A stretch of 64,000 bases of DNA. It comes from Fistulifera solaris. Taxonomy: Eukaryota. The notes under the pieces were generated by a model. It saw only the letters and a program-made list of their open reading frames with translations. It had not been told where the DNA came from and searched no databases. Shown here one piece after another: positions 36,647-48,252 of this stretch (the stretch's first letter is position 1; each line of letters begins with the position of its first letter). Where the stretch lies: NCBI GenBank assembly GCA_030295235.1, contig AP026140.1:62001-126000 (forward strand), written 5' to 3'. A program made the position numbers and the translations under genes.

Positions 36647-37994
36647 TCACCGAATCGCTTTCATCTGATCTTGATCATTTAGCAACTGGACAAGCTGTAG
36701 TAAAAGCAGCGAGATCATCGGTTTCGCCAAACGCATCCAATACTGTGGACCTTCTCCTTTCGCTTTGCTTTCCATGGTGTACCAGCAACCTCCACCAAAC
36801 ACCAGTGTCAATCCCACCATAGTCCCTCGCGTAACTGTCTCCCGAAACCACACAATCGCCATGACAATGGCGAACACGCGTTACCAGCATTGAGTAGAGA
36901 ATGTGTCAATGCCGAACAGTAGCCAAGAGTGATCATGGAAAGTGAATTGTACATTGGATGCCACGTCAAAATACCCCAATGGATGCCGTGGATTGTCGCA
37001 TCAAAAACATCCAAAGCGACGGGGAGTGATTGATGCAGGCCCAACAAGAGAAAGAGCATCATGGAAAACGCTACCATGAACCACGCCGATTGCCAAGAGA
37101 GTTTTGTGAATTGCATCAACGAAGTCTCGAGAACACCGGTTGACGGTGGACTGCTACTCGACGGTTGAGCCGAATTATTGCTGTGTTGTTGGCGTTGCAA
37201 CACATTCCGCGTCGAAAGGGTAAAACCGCTGAGCAGTGCAAAGGTTACGGCATGGACGTGTGGCTGGCTACTTTTGGATTGAATGAGCGAAATGGCCGCC
37301 CCGACCGTCAGGATCATGCTACTCGCGACTCCCATGGTAAGTAATTTGCGTTCGTCGGGCAAGAAAAGACGAGTCAATAAGAGAATTTCGAACGGTTCCA
37401 ACAATTTAATGATTTGTACCTGCGGGAAAGAACTTTGTGAGCGAGTTGGAAGATGTGAAGTCAACACTCTGAAACTTCGAAAAAGACTTACAAGAGAAGC
37501 AGAGCCGTACATATAACCCAGATTTGTACAGATGCTTCCGATTCCGTGCAACGCAGACGAAATGCTTTCGCGGAACTGAAATATAGTAAACACGGAACGG
37601 TCGGGGCTACGGAATGACCTCTGCGTTGAAATAATAGAGAGAAGAGCATGAAGCAGCAGAAGGACATAACCGACAAGTGCTCCGAGAAACAGTTGAAGCG
37701 TAGTGACAACCGAAGTGATTGCGGTGATGGTGAACAGTGAGTTCGTCATGAGATTTTCTTCTTTTGTACAAGGTCTTTTATGAAACCAGAAAAGCTTTGC
37801 ATGGAAATGCCATTCATTCCGTTCGTAGTATACCAAGCGGCGACCATAAGAAAGAAAGATGCATAATAGCGGATTTGAACAAGTCCTATTAGCCATATTG
37901 ACTGCACTTGCTCACTGTTGTGAACCAGCGGCAACGTTTCCTGTAATTTAATTCTACTTTGCGCACCCTCTCTCGGCGCTGTCAACGACGACAT
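36647..37994 (-). CDS. Triose-phosphate/nucleotide-sugar transporter (TPT/DMT) family protein
   Basis: WY..N, T.LQL..G, QIIKLLEP, RNV.Q and LTHSLLNAGKRVFAIV. Intron 37420-37491. Indels at about 37762 and 36881. Confidence 0.82.
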
Positions 37995-38419
37995 GAGCGA
38001 ATGCAAAGTTTTTTCGAGAAGTTAAGCTGCCTGCGTGCCGCTGTCGTCGCTTTCCGAGCAAACTACTTCGATCACAAAGATGAGGATGAGATTTATTCGA
38101 CGATGAGGTTCATTCGCCTTTTATTCATTCAATATTGCAATATTCACCCGAGGGAAAAAATGACGAAAAAGATCCGCCAGATCGACTCACGATGGAAAAT
38201 GCAGTCGTGATAAAGGTAAAGTAGTTGAGGTAACACTTTGGGCCTGTATTGTACTCGGTGGTAAGCACGCACGCAAGATAATGATCCACAAACTATTCGA
38301 TGCAAAGAAATCGCTTGCTTTCTCCGACATGAATCTTTTGCGGCATGAAACGACAACAATCGATAACCGACATCGAATTGGTTATTAGTTATTATAAGGT
38401 ACGTGAATAAACGGAAAAT

Positions 38420-38494
38420 GCGGTGCTTCGAATGTCTACGTAGCTTTTGCGTAGGCCTCGTAGGGAAACTTATCAACAGAGGGGCACCCGGATA
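38420..38494 (+). repeat. Solo copy of the 75-bp core repeat
   Basis: GCTTCGAATGTCTACGTAGCTTTTGCGTAGGCCTCGTAGGGAAACTTATCAACAGAGGGGCACCCGGATAT matches the cores at 29.8-30.3 kb and 42.4-42.9 kb. Confidence 0.85.
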
Positions 38495-38702
38495 TAAAAA
38501 AGTAGTATACACTTGGGTTCAGACAACAATGGGACACGGTAAGGCAACGAGTACGTCAGCAACGAGAAAAGGAAACGCGTTCCTTTTGCACGCCTGTGCA
38601 CGCGAACATCATGAAACGAAAAAGATGAAACCTAATTACCTTAAAGGTTTCTCCTAGTCTTATTAATTCATCAGTATTAAAGCATCCTTCTCCTTATAGC
38701 TC

Positions 38703-40363
38703 ATGAGGTTGACGGCTTTTACCGCCGCTGTAATACAAGCGCTTCCTGCTGTTCATTCGTTTGGAGTACACAGGAATTCCGCGTTCTCATCGTTTCGTCT
38801 GTATCAACAACCCGAATGGTCCGATTTTGACGACTTTGTGGGCGATGAAACGGCCAATTTGTCTTCGTTCTTTGCATCTCGGCCACCGGATAATTCGGCT
38901 TGCTCGACACGACAATTCTCGTTGGGTGCTGACCTCATTCTTTCTGATTTTGTCGGCAATATGGGCTTTGAAGAAGGTGCGTGTGTCCTGCATTGTGCTG
39001 TTGTCACCATTCCATTCAACCTCATTCCTACAAAAATGTTTCTTCTTACAACAAAGTAACGGACTGGGAATACTATTACCAAGATGACGATCAATCGAAT
39101 CGAAAAGTCGTACAACCGAATCCATTTGATAAATCGAAACCGAAACGAACACGAACGAGCAGTGGTTCGGTCGTACGCATCTTTCGTGCCGAATTTGTGG
39201 GACAACTGGGCGGGATATTGCGGGCACAAGGATTGGATCAGCGTTGTATCATTAAAGAGTTTAGTGGGAATTTGGCCTTGGAGTTGGCACAGAAAGAAAC
39301 GGAATCGCTGGGACGCGTGCAATCCTTACTTCTGGCGAAAGATAAGGCCTATCAACAAGGAGAATGGACGAAAATTGCCAGTGCTCGATCCGTACAGTTA
39401 CGTCAAGACAATGCAAACGTGGCTACTTTATTGCAAGAATTGAAACAATATCCCTTTGTGGGAATGCTGGGAGAAGTCAATTTGGCCGAACTCGACGATG
39501 AATGGGATCCAAATGAATTTTATCGTGCATTGGGAGTCAAGCCACCATCGCCCGATGCCATTTGGTTAGTGTACGAATACGCGGGACTCTCGACCATCCA
39601 GGCGTATGCCAAGCCGGCTGTAATCAAACGGTCAAAACTGCCTCCGTCACGGGGATTCTTTGGGAATGTCATTGAACCACCAGCTCTGCCGCCCTTTGCC
39701 GAACGAGCGGATTTCGTTGTAAAAGGCATTATCAAGGGTGCAATTGAGGCAGTGGCTCAACTGCACGAAGCTGGTTTAGTGCATCGTTCGATTGGACGGA
39801 CTAGCATTTACCTGTCCAGTACGACACAAGACAAAACGGAAGCAGTGTCTGTATTCAATACACGACGACAAATATTGCGCGTGAAAGTAGCGGACTTGGG
39901 GTTCTCGGGTCTGTACAAAGATTCAACACAAAGTGAAGAATTCTGTGCCCGGGCACGAACGTTTGGTTTGTCGTTCCGAAAAGGAGATAACAATGTTGCG
40001 ACGGCCAATTTCAGCATTGCCGAGGACATGCATGCCCTCGGATTTGTGATTCTAGCATTATTGTTAAACTCCTTGGCAGAACTACCAAATCCCAACTTTC
40101 AAATGCCCAATACTGACGAAGATACTTTACAACGTCTACTGGGAGAAATTTTCGAAAAAGACATGGATCAATTTCGAGAATATGTGGAAGCCGAAGATAT
40201 TTGGACCGACCTCGTTCAACTACTGGATGAAAACGATCGTGCCGGTTGGAAGGTGTTGGAAACGCTCATGCTAGCACGTGAAAAAGCTAGCAAGAACAAG
40301 GATACGCAACAATTGTTTTCCATCCGAGGTCTACTCAATAGCCCTTTTTCGCCTAATCGGTGA
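38703..40363 (+). CDS. Probable plastid-targeted protein-kinase-like protein (HRS instead of HRD)
   Basis: Signal peptide plus VHS-F motif. Motifs IIKEF, WLVYEYAG, LH..G.VHRSI, VKVADLGF and EDMHALG. Intron 38977-39056. Confidence 0.8.
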
Positions 40364-40395
40364 TCGAAAGAATAGAAAATGAGACGCTAACAATA

Positions 40396-42141
40396 TTACT
40401 TGTTACTACTGGCTGATACCGATGCGACTGACGGGGGCTCCCATTTCAAATATTGAGGTAGACAGAGCAGCAGCTTTTTACTGTGGCATGCAGACTGGTT
40501 AGAAATATATTTTCCAAAATAGACAAAACATAAAATAGACAAGCAGTGCCGTCCACTTACTCCTTTTTCATGTAATTACGAATGATGGATTGTTTGACGT
40601 AGATGACGTGTTGGCCTTTCCAAACCTAAATGTATCACAAAAATTGCAGGAGTTAAATTGAAAATGTCGACAAACCATGCACCGAGAAACCAAATTTTTG
40701 TCCTTACCTTTATCATATCGAGGTATTGTAACGTGGAAATGATATCTTCAGATCGAATTCCGGTTTCCGCGGATATCTGAGTGATATTCGTATCCACTGT
40801 CACGTCGTGATTGGCAAAGTAAAGCATCAGGACGTGTGTCCAGTAACTACGATAAGACAGTTTTCCCAGATCCGACAAAGGCTTTTCGGGAGAACCTGTC
40901 TTGTTTTCCAGCTTGGTCAATTCATAAGAAAGACTAATGATGAATTTTCCAAAACCGCACTTTTGATACTGTGGAAACGTCAAAATGCAAGCTAAATTGT
41001 ATCCCTCCGAGGAATTCTAGAGTTGATCAAAGAGGTACAGCGTTTCATTGTGAGCATGGGCGTGATTCAATAAAACATAGTTCTTTGGTGCCACCTTGAC
41101 CTACTTTTTTCTTTCGAGAAATATCCCACAATGTGTGCTCCTTCCGCATCCACTTTGGTGACGATGTAAAAGAGAAATGGTGTCGTTTCAAAGTACAACG
41201 TTTTGTGATCCAGAAACAATTTGGCCAAAAGGCACAGCTTTTGACAATACACCCGATGTTCCTTTCCATCAATTTCGTATACGGACACATCCTCGTGACG
41301 GTATATTTCTTTTCCGGGAGGATGACGATGCGCACAAACGTGATGTTTGTAGGTTTTGAAATTTTTCATATACGAGAGACAATATTCACAAACGTACAAG
41401 GTTTCCAAATCACAATACGCCGCGGGGAATGGACTGTAATACCATGTTTCGACTTGCCATTTCCCAATTACAATGGTTTCAATGTTTTTGACCTTGGTGG
41501 CCTCTTCGTGTTCACGTTCGAGTGTCGGATCTTCCCCATGCCAGTTGCCACCCGAAAGTAAATCTTTAGGTTCGGTTGTAGCGTCCGCCTCGTCATTTTC
41601 TCCATAAGATTGTTGATTGGCAGGGTGATAATTCGACATACTACTCCGACGACGAGACGGCCGACCGACAGCGCCAGTCGTAGAAGAAGACGTAGGATCG
41701 TTTTCGTCGGCCGCGTCCTCGGCGTGTCGTTGCAACGTATTCAGTTGAAATTTGTCTAGTGTAACCCATTCATCGAGACGTCTGTGATAGAAGAAAGAGT
41801 AGACAGGAAAATGTCCCGAACGCAAAGACACAGATAAGTAAAGAGCTAGCACACGAATCAAGAGCACAGAGCAACCACACGTACCGATCATGATTCATAT
41901 AATGAACGTAATACTCTACTTCATCGGCGGGGAGTGAATCTACATTAACGTCAGCTTCATTCTTTTTGTTAGCAGCCTTGCGCTTCCGATGATGAAGAGG
42001 TCTGCGATGAATGACTATTGCATCTAAATATTCTCCCTCCTCTTCACGCCATTGTACTTGACATCGGTCGTGAACTTGTAAAGGCGCCGTTAGAGTCGTT
42101 TCCGTCGTTTCTGTCACTGCTTCTGCTGCTGTATCGATCAT
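40396..42141 (-). CDS. MYST-family histone acetyltransferase with chromo-barrel (Esa1/Tip60/MOF-like)
   Basis: YYVHY...[49 protein letters not shown] and [11 protein letters not shown]. Introns 41782-41884, 41017-41104, 40626-40707 and 40481-40560. One extra base at about 41105. Confidence 0.95.
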
Positions 42142-42431
42142 CGTTAGGCTTGTGTCACTTATTTTGGACTAAATAAAGTATAGAGAAGGTATTAGAATGA
42201 AAACAATGGTGCAAAATGCGGTCAATGTGATGAATGGGAAGTAAATTTTATAGGTGCATCTAAATAAGTACACGGACCATGGACAGATTGTCGCTGACGC
42301 CGTCTATGGCCGAAAAATTTTACCGGCGTGATGATAATGCGATGCGGAAAACAGTCTCTCTTTGATAATCAACGCTTTCACCTTCATGGCAATCGGCTGC
42401 GCAATACATCAAAGTCAAACGCATACAAACT

Positions 42432-42943
42432 GCAACGCTTTGAATTTGAATGCCTACACGTTCTTTCACGTACCTTGTCGTAGGGAAATTTATCGGCAGA
42501 GGGACAACCCGGATATTGGGCACTTTCGATCACACCATTTTTCGCGTCTTTTCGACACCAAAGTCAATAATTGATTTGCCCAACATCGCTAACGCGAGCC
42601 ACGAAGCAATAATCGATTCTGATTTGACACGAAAACATGAAACAGTACAATAATACAACGCTTCCAGTGTCTACGCGTATTTTACGTAGCCGCTGTAGGA
42701 AATTTATCTCTGTAGGGGCACCCGGATATTGTGCTTTTCGACATCATCCAGTTATTGGATATACGGCACTCAGATGTCAACGTTTCCTTGTCCAACGTAT
42801 TTCCTTCGTATCCGGAAGTGATAAGCACCATCGATTTGAAAAAAAAACATTGATGGAAACGAATGATACGACGCTTCGAAAGTTTACGTAGGTTTCACGT
42901 AGCTTGTCGTACGGAAATTTACCGGCAGAGGGACAACTGGATA
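42432..42943 (+). repeat. Second cluster of the 215-bp repeat (3 cores)
   Basis: Cores at about 42432, 42655 and 42868. Confidence 0.85.
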
Positions 42944-43063
42944 AACTAAAACTTTTCGGACTATGCAAAACTGCAAAACAAGCGAAGTCCCGCCAAGCGT
43001 GACGAAACTAAATTGTCACTAGAAAGAGTGTTACCTAATTACAAACTCCAAACAACCCACTGA

Positions 43064-44275
43064 TCATTGCAAATTCAATTCGTGCGCCAATTCCTTGATA
43101 TCTTCGGCTTCATTCGGTTCCGGAATACCCGGTACCGGGCAGCACGAGACACCAATCGTATTTCGAGTGACCATCTCGGCCATTTGTTGCGCACGCAGTG
43201 GATCCGTCACCCACGTGTGATAGAACTCAAAGGGACATTCGGCTTCTCCTTTTTCTCCATCACCATTGGCATAAACACCCGTATATCCACGATGCGTCAA
43301 TTTGAACAACTGATTCTGGGACTGATCGTGCGCCCGCGCATCACGAATGCCCGAAATGGAGAGTTGTGCGTACTGAATGCCATTGATTTCCGTACCACAC
43401 TCGCCCAACGTTCGACCGTCAGCTCCAATGAGCGCCGAATGCCCAAAATACGTGTACACACCATCGAATCCGGCCGCATTCGCGACCGCCACGTAGACTT
43501 GATTGCACCATGCCATGCACTTGCTCACCATGACTTGCTGTTCCTTGGCGGGGTACATGTATCCCTGGGGACGAATGATGAGTTCGGCGCCCCGCATGGC
43601 ACAATCGCGCCAAATTTCGGGATAGTTGCCGTCGTCGCAAATAATCATGGAGACTTTCATGCCTTTGGGTCCTTCGACGACCGACGTACCCAAGTTTCCC
43701 GGCGTCCAGCCTTCAATCGGGGTCCACGGCAACAGTTTGCGATACTTTTGTACAATTTCTCCTTGATCATTGATCAATACACAGGTATTGTAGGGATTCT
43801 TGTTTGGATGGTCCTCGTGTTGTTCACCCGTGACCGAAAAGACGCCCCACACTCCGACTTCCCGACACGTTTCGCAAAAGAGATCGGTAACCGGACCGGG
43901 AATGGTACATGCCGTATCAAACATTTCTTGTCGATCGTACATGATTCCCATGGTCGAGTATTCGGGGAAGACGATAAGATCCATGCCCGGCAAACCCATC
44001 TTGGTGCCTTTGACGATTTCACACAGCTTCTTGGCATTTTCCATCACATCTTCGTTGGTGTGAAGACGGGGCATGGGGTACTGAAAGACACAGACACCGA
44101 CTGTGTCTGTTCGAATAAGGTAGTGAAAGAGAAAAGAAAAGCATTGTGAGTTACAGGAGTATCTGTGATAGTGCTCAGAGTCAACTGGGAAGGAAACGTA
44201 GTCGATTTCTTGTGAAAATTATCCGATTTCGCTGTACGTACCGGCCGAGCTTGAGATATCTCCATGACGCGACAT
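43064..44275 (-). CDS. amiE: Aliphatic amidase (nitrilase superfamily), bacterial AmiE-like
   Basis: [16 protein letters not shown]...MPRLHT N-terminus as in AmiE. Catalytic triad motifs FPEYS, YRK..PW and [16 protein letters not shown]. Intron 44107-44241. Confidence 0.93.
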
Positions 44276-44573
44276 GTTTCTTCTTCAAAAGCTGTCTGTT
44301 TTTAAGAAGTTCAGCAACGAATACTACCTGGTAATGATAGATGTTTGCAAAAACGGGGTAAATGGATCGATGACGACGATCCTAAAAAAAAAGAATGAGA
44401 AAAAGAAAAAAGATTTTTGTGAGGAACGCAAAAGAAACTTCCGTCTTCGCGAAGGGAACTTGCCGCGCATGTTGCTCGCACCTCGCACTCGTCAAGGAAC
44501 CTGCCCAGTGAAAAACAAAACTTCCAGATTTTCTGGCTAGATCATCAAACCACCAGTACTCCGTACTTTCATT

Positions 44574-45530
44574 TTCACGTCGAAAATTCCGAGGATCGAA
44601 ACCTTGATTTTTCACTATGAAACGGAGTGTTGGTTTACGCCAGCCAAGACTGGATTGAAACAGTAATCTTGAACCGAACAACAAAGGGTTCCGTTTTGCG
44701 TCTCTTGCATCCGTCCATTGTCATTCAACTGCGAATATAATCATAATAACGGGTAAATAAGGTCACAACATTGATCATTCGGAACTATTTGTTAAAAGTT
44801 TCTTTTATATTCACGTCGAAAATTCCGAGGATCGAAACCTTGATTTTTCACTATGAAACGGAGTGTTGGTTTACGCCAGCCAAGACTGGATTGAAACAGT
44901 AGTCTTGAACCGAACAACCAAGGGTTCCGTTTTGCGTCTCTCGCATCCGTCCATTGTCATTCAACTGCGAATATAATCATAATAACGGGTAAAAAAAGTC
45001 GCAACAATGATTATTTGGAACTATTTGTTAAAAGTCTCTTTTATATTCACGTCGAAAATTCCGAGGATCGAAACCTTGATTTTTCACTATGAAACGGAGT
45101 GTTGGTTTACGCCAGCCAAGACTGGATTGAAACAGTAGTCTTGAACCGAACAACCAAGGGTTCCGTTTTGCGTCTCTCGCATACGTCCATTGTCATTCAA
45201 CTGCGAATATAATCATAATAACGGGTAAATAAGGTCACAACAATGATCATTCGGAACTATTTGTTAAAAGTCTCTTTTATATTCACGTCGAAAATTCCGA
45301 GGATCGAAACCTTGATTTTTCACTATGAAACGGAGTGTTGGTTTACGCCAGCCAAGACTGGATTGAAACAGTAGTCTTGAACCGAACAACAAAGGGTTCC
45401 GTTTTGCGTCTCTTGCATCCGTCCATTGTCATTCAACTGCGAATATAATCATAATAACGGGTAAATAAGGTCACAACAATGATCATTCGGAACTATTTAT
45501 TAAAAGTCTCTTTTATATTCACGTCAAAAA
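44574..45530. repeat. Young tandem array, 4 x 236 bp
   Basis: TTCACGTCGAAAATTCCGAGG starts at 44574, 44810, 45046 and 45282, with a partial copy at 45518. Copies differ only by scattered substitutions. Confidence 0.97.
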
Positions 45531-45549
45531 TGCGAGGAAACATCGATTA

Positions 45550-46100
45550 AGGAATTTCTGGAACATGCACGATATCCTTTGTGACACAAAGCACCGATTC
45601 CATAGTTTCTGGACAAAACACAGAATTTCTGTATGACGCAAAATATGTTTTTTCAGAAAATCTGGAATTCCACAAATATATCAGTGTTTAACTCAAATTG
45701 ACCGAACAGCACCGATTCCAGAATTCCTGAAATAGGCACAAAATCTCTGCGTTACGAAAAATATCAATTCCAGTATTTCTGGAACATGTACGAAATCTCT
45801 GTGTCACACAAAACATCTTCCAGAATTTCTGGAAGCCCTACAGAGTTTCTGTATGATGCAAAACGCCGATGAATTACTGGAACGTGTCATTTATCATTGT
45901 GCGGCTCGAAACACCGATTCATTCATTCCAAACGTTCCTTACTGGTACAGAACATAGAGGCTGAGTGTTTGGTCTTTCACGTGCCCAGAAAAGCTGGAGT
46001 ATGGTGTCTAAACGTGCTCAGACAAACTGGGGATGTGTTTTCCGGTACCCAGAAAAACTGACTTAGTGTAGTTTTCACATACCCTGGAAATCTGGGAACC
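45550..46100. repeat. Degenerate CCAGAA/TTCTGG repeat tract
   Basis: Many CAGAA(T/A)TTCTG variants, a 221-bp internal duplication (45555/45776), and 34-bp-type units at about 45975-46100. Confidence 0.75.
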
Positions 46101-46265
46101 TTGTTTTGTTATAAACCTTACGTGCTGCAAACGTTTCCGCATCTCTCGTCACGCATAACGCCGACTGCAACATCATCATTGTTCTCTTTCACTCTCTTCA
46201 TCTCTCGAAACTAAAATTCTCTACACTTTGAGCCTTCTTCATTAATTTTTGCGCAATTCATCAGT

Positions 46266-47446
46266 ATGGTTCTACCGCTTCCATTGCTCGCCGTCGTCGG
46301 TGTCGCCGCATTGGCGATTGGCCTCGGAATTCTTCAAAGACAACAACAACAACCACCACTACGCATGGAACCAGGCGTTACGTATGTCATTGGAGATTTA
46401 CACGGTGATGCGGATTGTGGAAAATACTGGGTCGATCGATTGGGATTGATTGAAGATGATGTGTGGATGCAACCGAATGCGTCCTTGGTGTTTTTGGGCG
46501 ATTATGTCGATAAAGGACCCTTTTCTTTGCAAACGATTGAATTTGTCAAAAGCTTAACGGATCGATTTCCCGACAAAGTTACCGCATTGTTAGGAAATCA
46601 CGAATTGGAATTGTTACGCGATCGCAATGATGAGACCGTTGTCAAATATGTACACTTGGCGTATTCCGCGGTTCATCCGGAAGATTTTTGAACTACATTC
46701 ACGAACCCACCGAAGAAGATCGACAAATTATTGATGTCATTATCAATGCGAGTATCGAAATTTACTCACATCGCATGCAGCAACAAATGCTGGCGACTCC
46801 TGTAGCGCATGCGCATGCATACAATCGCAACAGTCTCTTTGAATTGTTTGCCGAAGAAGACCGGCCATATTTGCAACAAAAAATGGCTTCGTATCAACAA
46901 GCTTATTTGCAAACGTTTGCTTCCAACACGACACTCGGAAAATGGTTGGAGACAAGAAAGATTATTCACGTGGAGAATGGCGTAGTCTTTTGTCACGGAG
47001 GTTTGAGTGAAGGGATCGTGGATCAAATCCATCAAGTAGGAGGTGTCGAGGCATTCAATGAACTATTTCAACAAAATGCGGACGATCAAACAATTCACAA
47101 ATTCTTGCAAACACCCAAAGGAAAGGCCGTGTACAATATGTTAGTCTACCGAGGCAATCACCAACCCGAGGCGTGTCCGTCGTTGCAGCGCATCTTGGAA
47201 CAACTGAATGTCACCAAGCTGGCCGTGGGACACACACCGGGACAGAATGTTCGAACGCTGTGCGAAGAACAGTTCTGGGCCTTGGATTCATTGTTGGGTC
47301 GCTGGATTCGAACGTCCGGAAATCAATATTGTCCTGTAGAAGGTCGATCCTCACAAAATGGTCGATTTGTTTGTCCTCCTCTCACAAACTCTTGCATGGG
47401 ACAAGTGACACGATTTGCCAATGGAAAAGTCGACATTTTAACGTAA
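46266..47446 (+). CDS. Calcineurin-like metallophosphoesterase (Shewanella-like phosphatase type) with N-terminal signal/anchor
   Basis: GDLHG, GDYVDKG, GNHE, HGG and GHT. A T is missing at about 46685. Confidence 0.87.
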
Positions 47447-48252
47447 CTATGTTTGAAGTTAACTGAAATGTGTGTAGTCTAATTGAACCGACACACCACC
47501 GTCTTCCCTATAGCTAGCTATAGCTAGGGCTGAACTTAGGTTGATTTTTCATCTTCTACTTGGCAACTGGCATCATAGTTTAAACATTGTGGCAATTCAA
47601 CATGATTCAAAGGATCATTTCAAAGGTTGAAAGAACGTATGAATGAAAAGTGACACGAGCCACGAACCAACTCTAGATTCGAACGACCTCGTTCAGTTCA
47701 GTCACGATTTAATTCACACGATCGGAGGGAGGCGGAGTGAATACCGCGAATTTTGAATTCATCCATGAGACTACATTATGGCTGCCACTGCGAAAGTGTC
47801 TGGAGTAAAGAGTGTACTATTTCTCTTTTTCTTCTTAAGTAGAAATAGCCTATTAATCGACTACATTCGGGAGTCACTTAGAGGCCCAAGCAGAAGCGGC
47901 TTTAACGATTTTGTCAATGAATTTGTTAGCCAGTGGCACGCTGGCTTGTTCGTTGGACCTCTTGGTCACGCATGTCGGTTTTCACGGGGAAAATAATTGT
48001 CGGGTTGATTCTCTCGTTGCGCAGCAAATGCTTGTTATTGCGCAGGAAGAAAAAAGGACAATCCGATATCGTTTGACGTTCTTTCTTGCAATAGACAATC
48101 CTTTGGACTTGAAAGTGTAACTCAAGTTCCATTTGCGGAAGAAAAAGTTGCAAAACGGAGATTCTTTTTACAGCGAAAAGCGCCAGAAACTTCGAACGCC
48201 TTCTTTGTTATTCACGTGACTCTTTGATTGCTTCGCATCTATATTTGAAAGA

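Noticed and set aside
29705..42968. Peptide family (…CPSxDKFPY..LR…) encoded on the minus strand of the 75-bp cores
   Set aside because: Third codon positions are as conserved as the first two and several copies have frame-breaking indels, so conservation is at the nucleotide level.
43067..44149. 360-aa antisense ORF opposite amiE
   Set aside because: Codon-aligned shadow of a codon-biased gene, with a non-ATG start and no recognisable motifs.
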